From: Raillietiella orientalis
Lineage: Eukaryota
Reading direction: 5' to 3'
Assembly (NCBI GenBank): GCA_036172245.1
Contig: JAYWIR010000028.1
Span: 2,418,001 to 2,482,000, forward strand
DNA length: 64,000 bases
The notes under the pieces are model-generated. The model did no database searches. It saw nothing but the letters and a program-made list of their open reading frames with translations, and was not told the DNA's origin. Both the position numbers and the translations under genes were made by a program. Positions 1 through 11,562 of the stretch are shown one piece after another. Position 1 is the first letter of the stretch, and every line of letters begins with the position of its first letter.

Positions 1-3000
1 ACCAACCTGGCCGGGTCGCCGGAGGAAGACCGAGGCAGGCCGCGTGATGCCGACGATCCTCGAGCAAGCTGGCTTGGGGGGAGCCTCTTAGTGCCGAGCC
101 AAAGGCTAAAGGATCGACCCACGAACCCACGAAACTACACTCTCGCTTCACCCCCGGAGCACCCCCACTCTTGTAGCAGCTCTCTGCCACTGCCGACGAA
201 GAGCAAAGGTATAAAAAACGGTGAAAGCTGTGGAGGAAAGCTACTGCCGTTTGCTTGCGGAGGAGATGCGAGAGAGGGATCTGAGGTGATCCCGAAGCAA
301 CGAAGGGATGCGTCCTCTTCACGAGGATTCGCGGATGAAGTAACATGCTCAAGCTGTCGCCCGCTCGGAACCAAAAAGATCCCTCCAGACTAGGGATAAT
401 CACGAAAGGAGCGAGAGGAGGCAGCGCAGGAGAACGAAGGGACAATCTGAGAGAAAGAGTTCTTCGGCAGGTCTGAACAGGACTGTTTCTGAAAGGAAGA
501 GGAAAGAGAAGAAGACGTACAGGATAAAACTAGCTGGGATGCCATGTTCTGGAATCCCCCGCGAATGGAAACACACAAACACACGAAGGATGCTGCGCCC
601 AGATCCGCATTCTCCCGGGGAAAGAGAGACCTCGGAGTGGTAAGTTCTCAGCACGCTCAGTGCAAGAAGATGAAGGGTGGAGCAGAGGAAACCTTCGTTC
701 CAGACAAGGAAGGCATCGGAGGGAGTTTCGGGAGCAAAGAATCGAGAAGGAAGCGGAAAGACTGGTCGAGAGAAAGACCATGGGATCCGTCGACTGCATC
801 TGTATTCAGGGCTGATCCGCTCTTCAGTGCACCCGTCTTGCTCGTTCGCCTGCATACCACCGCACGAGAGCGTTGCCCGTCTTCCTAAGGAAACCTTCCG
901 AGTGCGTGAACAAGGGCCGGTTGCTTCTTTCACCCGCTCGGGACGCCCGGTCTTTGCAGAGGGGATTTTCGATAGTCCCTCAAAGACGTCGCTGCCCGAG
1001 GGTGAGATTAAGCGTCCGACAAGGTGTGCGCTTCGCGTATTTGCTCCTCCTCCTCCTATCTCGAGAAAGGAAAGAAAAAGGAACCCTTCCCTTCGCTGTT
1101 TCGTTCCTGGGCTCCCAAATTCCTAAGGACCTTTTCAACGTCCTCCGCTCTCCTCCTGTCAAGAGCATACCAGTCCGTGTCTCCGAACGTCCTTATTTTG
1201 CGGTCGCAGCGCGGGGTGCAACCGACCTTCTGCGGAAGCTCCGGCATTTCAGCCGCAGGAGCCTCGGCGCTCCTTCCGCCTCTTCCGCACGTTCGAAAGC
1301 CACGTGGGGGAATGTTTCTCTCCGATCCAAGCACTTTTACTGACGGGTGGTGGTGGATCTCCACCTCGGCAAGACTTGAGCGGGAGCTGGCTGACATCCA
1401 CAGAGCGTTCAGATCACCTCCCTCGCTCCCGGTGACAAATGTGCTCGGGCGCCTTGACGGAGGAGGGGATTTCTGGGAGCTCGATGAAAGTCTCGCTCAT
1501 GCGAGGGGACCTGAAGCTCTCGAAAGCAGCGTTTGCCTTCGAAGGGACCGTCCTAACGAGCAAAGTGGCATTCATCTCCGCGCGAGACATCTCTGCGGGC
1601 GAAGAAACGGAAGCCAGATCAGGAACGCACGACTGCCAGCTAACGACCGATACGCAGGCGTTGCGTCCCGTTCTGCATTTCTGCGTCTGGGGTCTACAGC
1701 AGCTTCCTACACCTTCCTTACCACTCTTGTGCCACGCAAGAAAGGATAACTTCATGATGCGTGAACGCAGGCGCGGTGGAAGCTTTGGACCTCAAGCCGG
1801 GAAGACTCGGCAACCGGGAATCGGGTAGCAGTGGGTTGAGCGGCACCCACAGAGCCAGGAATCCTCGAGCAATCGAGGATTTCCGGAGGCGTCTCGGAAA
1901 GTTCCACGGACCTGCAAATGCCCTGCCGTGCGCTAGAGGTCGCTGAAGAATCCAAGGAAAAAAAAATCTTCAGCGATCAGATCCTTCACGATTTCTATGA
2001 AGAGGCTCTACAGATTTGCACGCGCACGGGAAACGGAAGGAACTAGGACGCTCAGCTCGGAGAGGACGACTCCCGTGATGAAGCTGGGGAGAGATCAGAT
2101 TCGCAAGATGAGAAATTCGACAGATTTTCGTTTCCATTCGGCATAATTTGAGCTTCCTGCTGAACGGCTGGCGTTTCCTGCGTGCTGGATGTTCGTCATT
2201 ACAAGCGGTCGCCATGGTCGAGGCGGCGAGGAACGGTGTGGCTCGGTTTAAGTGTTCTTTCGATAATGTTCCTTCGGTGTACCAAGAACTCTGAGGATTG
2301 AAAGAGAAGCTCGGCCACGGCAACCAAGACAAGAGGATGCAAACGCGTCGCTTGATGGCCAAACTAGAGCCTGTCCGGGAAACGCTAAGGACTCTATAAA
2401 GGACATCAGCAGCAGTGACAAGGATGGAACAAAGAAGCTCTCTTTGAGTCTCTGGAACAGCTAGCAATGGCAAACTCAGGGAAACCGATCCGGCTAACTT
2501 GTAGGTGATGTTGGGGCGCTCGAAATGTCCCTGAAGGATGCTGGAGTCTCGTTTCACGGACGCTTAATTTACGACTGACACGACAGCGATGGGAGGACCC
2601 TGCCTTGCAAAACTTAAGCGCTGAACCAAGTGGTCACTAGTAGTGAGACAGCTGATGTGAACGGTGAAGCCACCTGAATCATCCGTGCTGTGTTTAATAT
2701 GTATTCTTATTTTGCTGATATCTCCCGGCTGTTCTTTTCCTTCTGAAGGAAAGAAAATATGAGAAACATGGCAAAGTTTTATCCTGCGACCTATGGGCAA
2801 GCGGGTCCGAAAATCGCTTCCTCTGCTAGCTTCTTCAATGTTCGTCAGATCTGTTCTTCTCTGCAAGGAGGAATGATTTTCACGGCATCGGTGCGGTTCT
2901 GGACGGTTGCCAGAGGGCATTTTTGATTGATGTGCACGACGTTCTCGTCTGCAGAGAAAACATGATGTGAGAACGGCGCTTTAATTCTGAAGATGCGTAA

Positions 3001-3129
3001 ATGGGTTTTCCAGGATCAGTGGATGGCTAAGTGTGACGGAAACCGAAAATTTTTAGGCAGCAGAAATTCTCATAAACTCTTCCGGAGAGCAGAAGAACGA
3101 GCGGCGTATGCCTTCCGGATTTAATCCAG

Positions 3130-3170
3130 AAGGCAGGGAAAAAGAGACACCTTTCAAGGCAGGGAAAAAG
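3130..3170. repeat. 15-bp exact direct repeat with 11-bp spacer
   Basis: AAGGCAGGGAAAAAG at 3130-3144 and 3156-3170. Confidence 0.85.
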
Positions 3171-6100
3171 GTCGTTGAGCAGAAGAAATAATGGATGGCT
3201 GATTAGCAGCCACCGTCAGTAAAACTCCATAATTATTCCAAAGGAAATTTGCAGTATCGATGGAGCGTCACTTGAATTTTCAAATTTATTCTATCATAGG
3301 AAAAAAAATCACCAGTGCACCAGCTTTTACACATTCATGAGTAATTAAAGGTTCAGCGGTGCCGGAGAGGGGACGTGCTGTCCACGAAAATGAATCCCCA
3401 TTTTAATAATTCACACTGAACTGAATGTGCTGGCTGAAAATTCCATCAAAGAACGCGGTCACGGAAGCTCTGAAGTACGCTTGTGTGCACAACATCGACC
3501 CACGAAGTTGGAACTTCATAATCTGTCGTGGCACGAATGCGACCCTGCCAAATTCCTAAACAAGGAGGGTATTTTCCAGGCAGCTGAGGAAAGCATGCAA
3601 ACGCGATACGTCTGGAAGTCGGTCAGAGTCGGTCAGATGCACCTTCCGGTGCTACGCGACCTCAGCCGAACATCCGACGCTGCGAGCAGCGAGTCCCTTC
3701 CCTTCAAATTTTCCTTTGGTCTTCCCGAACGGGAGAGCCGGCAGTGCCGTCCTCCTCACGGGGAGGCGGGGACGCTCGTTTGGTGGGGGGGCAGCAGAAA
3801 AGCGACCGAAACTCCTGCGGTTCCTGGAAACTTCCCTCTCGGGAAATGTAGAAACGGAAACCGCAAACGGAGCGCAGTTTCGTGTGTGCCACCGAGGATT
3901 CCTTTGGAAGGACGCTCATGCATCCATGCTAGGGATACGGGATTTAGATTATCGTTTTCTGTTCTTCTGGAAATCCGGGAGCTTCCACTCTTTTTTGCGT
4001 TTTCTTCCTCGAGGTACTGCGACAGCTTTCCGTGCATCTTATACCATGTACCTGTTGTTGTTGCTTTGATACAAGCATCCCGAATTCCAGGCGGTAATCT
4101 GATGTCTTTCTTCCGCATTAACTGGGTGGAGAGACGAGATAACACCGCCTGTTACTTTAACTTCATCTAACTTTATCTGCATTTGGTGTATTCGATAGTG
4201 CAACCTTTGGCGCATTCTGCTGCCTCCATGCACGTCCTTCGCACCACAACTACTGAGTGCTGGTAACGGAGAGGCGTGCATGAGATTTGCTCATGCTCGG
4301 GTTGAGGTCGCAAGAGAAAAGATCCTCCTGCTTCTCAGGAATCTGAATTTCCGCTGTCTGGAGCAACGAAGGCAGCGAGAAGTCTGCCTCCGGAACCGAA
4401 CCTGCTGGAAGGGTTCTCTTCGAACACCGCGCGTCGCAGATGCTGTGCCTGCACTTCAGCGATGTCCTACGGGCCCGAGGCACAAGGGAAAGATGTGGTC
4501 GAATTTCAGACTCCTCCCACGGCTAGGAAAGTCAGAACGGAGGGCTCGGCAAAGAGCTGCGCCATCGGTCTGTCTTGGAAACGCCACAGGCACCGGTGAG
4601 CGCCAACCGAAAGACACGAAGGCGGCTTTCCAGACGATGTGCTTGGATTCCAGATGTCGTACGGCTCAGATCGCAGGCTCCTGACGCATTCGTCCCGAGG
4701 AAACTGCAGCAACTGCAGCTTCCCATCCACAGGAACGCCTCTCTACCTCGCTCGGTCACCGAATTCCATGCATAAATTACCCCCAGGGCAGTGAAACGAG
4801 ACGGAACCTTCGGGCGGGAAGCGAATTCGCCTCTTTTCGTTTCGAGAACCATCGCTGGTTTCCCTCCCCGGAGGACGGAGAGTACTCGAACCCACAAATC
4901 ATTCCAGCTCCATCTGAGTCCTCCAGCGCTCACCAAAATCACCAAAATAGAGGGAACCGTTACCTTTTCCCGTGATCCTGCTTGTATTCCCCGGCGTACT
5001 TTGATCGGTTGGCTGCTAGCTCGATGATTTCGGGGATGCAGCTTGCGAACGTTGCCTGAAATCCAAAGAGGAACCAGGATTACTTGGAACCGCGATTTCC
5101 CCTTTCACTTTTGCGAGTTCGTTTCGGAAGCGAGTGAGGTGGACCTCAGCATCCCGCTCGTCGGTGTGGCCGACGAATGCCGTCGGCTCTCTTCTTCGCG
5201 TCTTCCCGGACCCGAAACGGATCCCTCGACCCGCAGAGCGGCGCCGGAATCGCGTAGCGCATCGGAGATGGGTACAGTGACGCGAACGGTACAGCGATGC
5301 CAACCCGGCTCCACCTTCCAGACACAGATGGGAATGAAGGTTCGTCGCGGGGAACTCGTGCCCTCTCGGCTCACAGGTGAAAGTTCCCGTTCCTCTCAAC
5401 TCATTGATCGGAGTTCGATCGAGGTGCAAAAAAGCGCGATGTTCTGAGTTCCCTGTGAAATCGCCTTTGTGCTTACTTTGAGCATTACAACGATACTCCT
5501 CCCGTTGAGGCTCCGTAATCTCATCAGATAAGGATGAAAAAATGAGGTTCCTGAGACGTTTGGAATCGGTGCGCGAATCGATGTACCAGGATAGGCCCAG
5601 AATGATGGTTCGTTCAGGGGACATTTGCACGGTAAGGGTTCAGCGACGCGATGCTTTACGTGGTGAGAAATGCAAGTTGAGCACCTGGGTCCTTGACGCT
5701 TGGTTCCAATTTAGCGGAAAGAGCCTCCATTCTCCGGTCAAAGTTGACCGAACGATTTCGGGGCGGGGGAACCAGCAGAGGGAACCTTCCCCTCCCTACG
5801 GGAGTCTTTTCCGGTGTCGACATGTCGACAGCAAACAGCTTCACAAATTCGGATGCTATGAGATCTCGGGAAAAATCTCTTTCGAAAACGGGTAGCATCC
5901 TAGAAAAGCATCCTTCGAGCATGGATGTTTTCTGAGAATGAGCTCATTGTGAACAGCCCTGACCGAGCGGATCATCGGAATGTTAAGGAATTTTCATAAC
6001 AAAGGAAAGTTCTTCCTTCGGAGTAGCTGAGAGTCTTCCCAGCTACACCGCAACGCTCCAAGCCCCAGGATTGACGCCAGATTCCGATCTCATTCGGGAG

Positions 6101-9100
6101 TAGAAGGCCAGAGACTTCCTTGCATCCCTCTCCCGTGCGCTTCTAACGCAACTGCATCCCATTTCGGCTTCCAGAAGGGATGGGAGCACTTCATCCACAA
6201 TCCGAACCTGGTCTTAAGACGTGGGCACACACCTCCTCAGCCAGCCGCTCGCACTCTCCCCAGATGAAGTCGTTTCGCAGGGAAGCGGGAGGAGCACGCT
6301 CCACCGTACATCCCGAACTTAAAGGACAAAAAATGCATCTTGTCCTCAGTAGTCTGAGGGCGGAAATGCCGTCCTTGGTTGTTTGCCGCAACACACGTTT
6401 CACGTTGTACAGAACGGAAGATCACATTTCTGATCGCAGCATATTGAAGAATGCTATGTCTACTTATTAATATTCTAAGCATTTATTCATAGATCGAAGC
6501 TCATTTTTAGTCCTTTTCAAAAATATTATCATCAGTGTTCTTATCATTCCATTTTAGGGAACAAATATATTCAAGCAAGCAGTAAGTCGCCTATTCATGC
6601 TACGCAGTACATATTCGTTACCACTTTTGATAAAATTCAACTCTTATAAATATTTTATACAACTCTCATAAGTGCTATAAACGATTTCGAAAAAATTTTC
6701 AATGACGCTTCCATTCTCGATCCCATCTGTTATGTGTGGAGCTCGAGAAATCCCATAATCAAGATGCAACGTTTCCCCAGAGCGTCTCGCTGAACCGCAG
6801 GAAACTGGATCTCCTCGGGCAAAATTCAAGCAGGTCGCGCTGACCAAACTGCTCGACTGACCATGGTTTCAGCAAGGTGCTTCCTGCTGTGCTCTTCTTC
6901 TAGAACCGTCAACTGAGTCCCCCCGCGAACAGACTTTCACTTGGAAAACGCAGCTGAAGACAAGAAGTAGAAGATTAGCTCTAGAAAACGAGGGAACGCC
7001 GTCAAAGCATTCTTAATAGAGTAGAGGAACAACAAGTTGGAAATCTCAGACGCCCCGTTTTAGTCCCAGAAGTGAGCTCTTCTAAGGGTTGGCTTCGGGA
7101 ATCAAGAATGCCGACGTCGACGCATTACAGCCCGGAAGGGCTTCAAGACAGACGCAGGGGCTTCTCTGATGATGGCACGAAGAGAATGATCAAGCTGAGA
7201 GGCAGAAGCTTTGTAATTTGCTAAATTCATGCTACTGCCTCAATGAAATTTGGAACATTCTGGCAGAGTAACACCATGGTCACTCGCAGTGGCCAGCATC
7301 GACTTCTTCGGTTTCGTTCCCACGGTTTCCTGGTCCCTGTGTGAGAAACTTGCACAAAAAGAACCACAAAAAAGAAGCTTGCACTGCGATTCGCTCCTTC
7401 GAATCTTCTCCAGAATGATGTGATTCCTTCAAGCATGTCACATACGCTGAAGGACAGAAACATCCCTCCGGAAAAGCCTTTCTGTCTTCTTGAAGGAGGT
7501 TGGTTTCCGACCACAGGAGGGCCACAAAAATGACTAAAGATCAGCACGACACGGCGGAATTGAAATCGAGACTTATACAGACGTGAGACTTCAATAGAAT
7601 GGATTAGAGTGAGTGTTCCTTGTCATTTCCGGATGCATAATAAAAGAATTTGTGAGAGAGAAGGCGTGCGAAAGAAAACTAAAGAATGAAATCTCAAGGA
7701 AGAAGGAGAAAAATCAAGAGCAAGTGATTTATCTTGGACCAAAGAGAAAGGAAAGTGGCGATGTCCTCCCTTTTCCATCGATTCCTTTGAACAGCGAGCA
7801 GCTGGCTGATGGATTTATTGAGGATGTCACAAATAAGAACTCATTACCAGAAAGGCTTTTTAGAGGAACCGAGTCTGAGGAGCTCCAAAAGCGCTTTCGC
7901 GCTTGTGCTAGGAGGCCACTGCAGTCAAAGGATTGAAATTGGATACCCGAACCCCGCTGACCCCTTCTGGTGGGCAATGCCGCTTCCCTAGGATTCAAAG
8001 TCAGGAAGTGAAGATTATTCTAATATGACAAGTGAATGACAAGTGGGTCGACCCATCCTAACTCCCTCTGCACAAAGTATGTTATCACGTCAATTCTTCC
8101 GATTCTTCCTAATGGTCTCCGTCACGTGAGCATCGAACCTGCATTGCATTTGTCATCTTCAGCTCACTTCAGGAGGTAGAAAACTTGCAAGAAGTGAAGA
8201 GGGGACAGCTCGTGGATTCGGGCTGCAAGAAATCGAGCTGAAGTCGCGAACGCCCGCGAAAGACTTTCTTCCCGAACCTTCGAACTTGACGATGAGCAGG
8301 CAGTCTCCCTCCAGAAGTGCAAACGTCTTCTCGGCCCGCGTTAAAGTAAATCCTTGAAATCACGAGCACAATGTTGCAAAACGACCGATGCTAAGCTCGC
8401 CGGGCATCGAGGGAGTTTTCCGCAGCATCAGCAGCAGCGAGGTCGCAAGAGATCCGGCTAGTCGTGCCGGGGTATTCGTCACAGGGATTTCCTGGAGTTG
8501 GGCTGGCTTTATCGGTGGCTCCTTGCATGCCGGTGCCAGGGGAACAAGGAGGCACACGATCAGATTGACATTCATTCAGTTTTTCCGACGCTGATTGCGA
8601 GCTTAGGAAATTCTCCTGCTCCGGGTACGCAGGCAGGAACCGGAGAATATGACGGGATAAGCTGGATCAAGCGGTTTTCTCTCTATGAAAAGGTTACCAA
8701 GACGAGGAAGAAAATCTGAAGAGAGAAAAAAAAAAAAAGAAGCCAAACAGGCAAGTAATTTGTTGGAGGCAGGCAGAAGGGAAGGAACGCTAATGAAAGC
8801 AAACGGAGTTTGCTTTTCAATGTGCGTCATCGCGGCCATCCAGCTTAGGTTGAGACCGACTGCGTAATCTCTTCATATCTTATTGGAATATTCATGAGGC
8901 TGATCGCGTGAAGAGTTGCATCTTAGTCTTCAAAGCAGTAGGAGAGCTACTGGCGATGATGGAGCGGATGTCGATGGTGAACGTGCGCGGGCAGAAAGCG
9001 GCAAGGAAAGGTGGTGGCGGTGAAGAAGAGATGGATGCACAATGAGACGGATTTAGGGTCGAATCCGCATCGGACGGGTGGTGGAGCCTTGCATCTGAGC

Positions 9101-11194
9101 AGCAGAGGAATTTCGATGATTATGATGAAGGAGAAGATCAAGGAGATGGATGCATCCGCGTTATTCGCAAGCGGCACATTAATTCACAAGCACACGTGCA
9201 CGGATGCAATAGATATGCTGCTGCGATGCACAGGGAATGGGGATTAGTTTAGGATGCGTGCCTTATTTGCAGGTTTGGCTTGTTGCTATGGAGAAACTGT
9301 ATTTTTCAATGTTTTGATAAGATTACTCGTTAGCGAAAGACTGATGGGTAGGGAATCCGAAGCCTAAACAGGAATGCCTTTTTTCCTAAGAACCAGAGAG
9401 TGAGTGTGAAAATTTGGAGAGGTTGGGAGGAGCTTCTGGCTGCCTTGGAAACCGCTCGTGCTTCCCGGAAGCATACGGCGGCGCGGTTCCCCAGTGCACC
9501 GCTTCCTTGCGTTTCTGTCGCGCATCGCTCTGCTGCAGCTATCCGAGAGATTTCCCGGTCACAACGGAGCAGGAGTGAGTCCTGAGGTGAAATTTGCTCA
9601 CCTATCCTTGGATTTCGATTTTCGTTGGCTATACCAGGCTTTGGCTCTCTTTTTTTTTCTGGCAGAGAGGGCGGGACAGACATCCGCAGCAGTTTCTTGG
9701 GGATGCGTGCTAGGTCAGCCAGGAGACGCATGGGATCGCAACAGTTCGGATGCAAGGAGATGGTTCATCTTGAACAGGAGCAGCGAACACTAAACTAAAT
9801 TTGTGTTCGAGGTGCAGTCGTGGAAAGCTCGTGAGGAGGGTGAAGACGCCAGGAAACTGCTCTACACCCGTATGCCAGCGCGTTTTTAAACATGAAATTC
9901 ACTAGAGGGCAAGGCTGATGGGAGGGAGGAAGGAGAAACAAATCACTCCATGGAGGGTAGGATTCATCTCTTCTGGAATCTTGCGAAAGGCGCTGAGACT
10001 TGTGTTTCTGCGTATCGGATGCTCTTAAAGGATGTTGGTTCTGGATAAGGTGGAAATTTCTTCACTGGAGTTGCAACCGATGAAATCTTCCGTGTATTGG
10101 GGGGAAGAAGAAGGGGGGGGGAGGGAAGAGACCATTTCCACGGAGAAATCATTAAAGTACCGAAATCGCCAGCTCTGCTCTTATTGATTTTCAATTGAAG
10201 CAAATTTAGCGAATGTTAAAGGTGGCCATGTTATCTCAGCTAACTCGCTCTTCTCGTTCAGTAATCTCACTTCCTGTGAAGGAGCATTTGCCACTTGCTG
10301 TGCTGCTGGCAGAGTCGTTCAGTCGTATCCATCCTTACTACTGATAATATATTTTTTTAGTATCCTCTTTCCTCTTAATTGTCTCCTGCTTTCTTTCAGC
10401 TAGTTCTTCATCTCTACATTAATTCTAAGAATTTTATCAACCCTGGCCTGATTACTGCAAGATCATGAGTGATCTTATTGATTGGCAGCTGAATTTTTCT
10501 TGGCAGACGGCATTCAGCAGCTGACTCGTCCCCTTCACTCCTGATCTGGAGGACATTCCAGTCGTTCGAAAAGAAACGCTGTCGTTCAGAACTCTTGGGA
10601 CGCAGGGACTGCTCCTGGTTCTGGGGACTCTTGTTCCCTCTTGGCATCTTTATTGCCTCTGTGGTGTTTCCATTCCAGTCGAATTCGATTGTCGAGGTGC
10701 CAGCGTTTCTTGGAATTCGTGTCAGCAAGTCACGAAACGGGCAGAAAGGGTTCCCGATTCGATCTCGAAGCAGGGAAAAGAACGAAACTTTATGATCGCA
10801 AAAGAGAGACAATGTCAGCATCTCTCAGAATCCAGGCACCATCAGCGGTTCCTCCGATCTCGAATGTTCTGCTAAGGGATGGAAGGATGGGATGGGCCGC
10901 GTCGCTCCCACAGTGCCCCGCGTCAATCGGTCCTCAACACGTCGGGAGAACAAGCTCTCGTTGTTGTTTCTGTACCACAGAAAGAGACGGAAGGAAGAAG
11001 AGGCGAAGGGGTCGGAGCAGGAGAGATCAAAAGCAGCCTCGCTTCACTAGCAGCATCTGTTTGCGAATCTCGAAAGGAAGTGTTCTTCAAGAGGAAGGTT
11101 TTGAAGGAGCGCAGTGACTTTTTGATCAGGCTCCTCTTTGCAAGTGGCGTCTCTCTTTGATGCTGGAAGACGCACAAGAGAAAAAGGTGCTTAC

Positions 11195-11362
11195 CAATCC
11201 GATCAAGATGACGAAGACCATGAAAGCTCTTCCCAGCACTGTGTTGCAAAACACGTCGCCGTACCCAACCGTCGACATGGTGACGATGAGGAAGTAGACG
11301 CAGGTCCAATAGGAAAGCCTCTGGGGATTACTGAAATCTAACGGGTCTCCGGAGTTCTCCAG
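11195..11362 (-). CDS. slo: Slo1 coding exon 6 (168 nt): turret, pore helix, selectivity filter and first half of S6
   Basis: Acceptor [74 protein letters not shown]; donor TTG|GTAAGC. Confidence 0.97.
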
Positions 11363-11410
11363 CTGCGGGAAACGGGGAAGTGAGAAAATCATGAAAAATA
11401 TTCCTCTCAC

Positions 11411-11562
11411 CAGATGGATGATCCCTGCAGCCGTGAGCCACACGGAAATGAAGATTGATATTAACTGGGCCAGGCGGATGGAACTGGATGTTTTCAGGAT
11501 ATTAAGGTATTGCAGTATGTCAGGGACCGTCATCAACCTCAAAACCCTTAAGAACCTTAATC
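11411..11562 (-). CDS. slo: Slo1 coding exon 5 (152 nt): S4 voltage sensor and S5
   Basis: Acceptor CTTCCATTCCAG|GA; (G)[50 protein letters not shown]; donor CTG|GTGAGA. Confidence 0.97.

Noticed and set aside
5477..5551. AG…GTAAGC-bounded segment encoding NLIFSSLSDEITEPQREEY, faintly like the S6 'FAS.IPEITE' exon
   Set aside because: Wrong phase: read in phase 0 after exon 6 it hits TGA. It also lacks the PE and KYGG motifs.
9602..9658. 57-nt segment with good minus-strand acceptor and donor sites in intron 6
   Set aside because: In phase 0 it reads KKKESQSLV-stop with no Slo1 similarity. At most a poison exon, and unsupported without RNA data.
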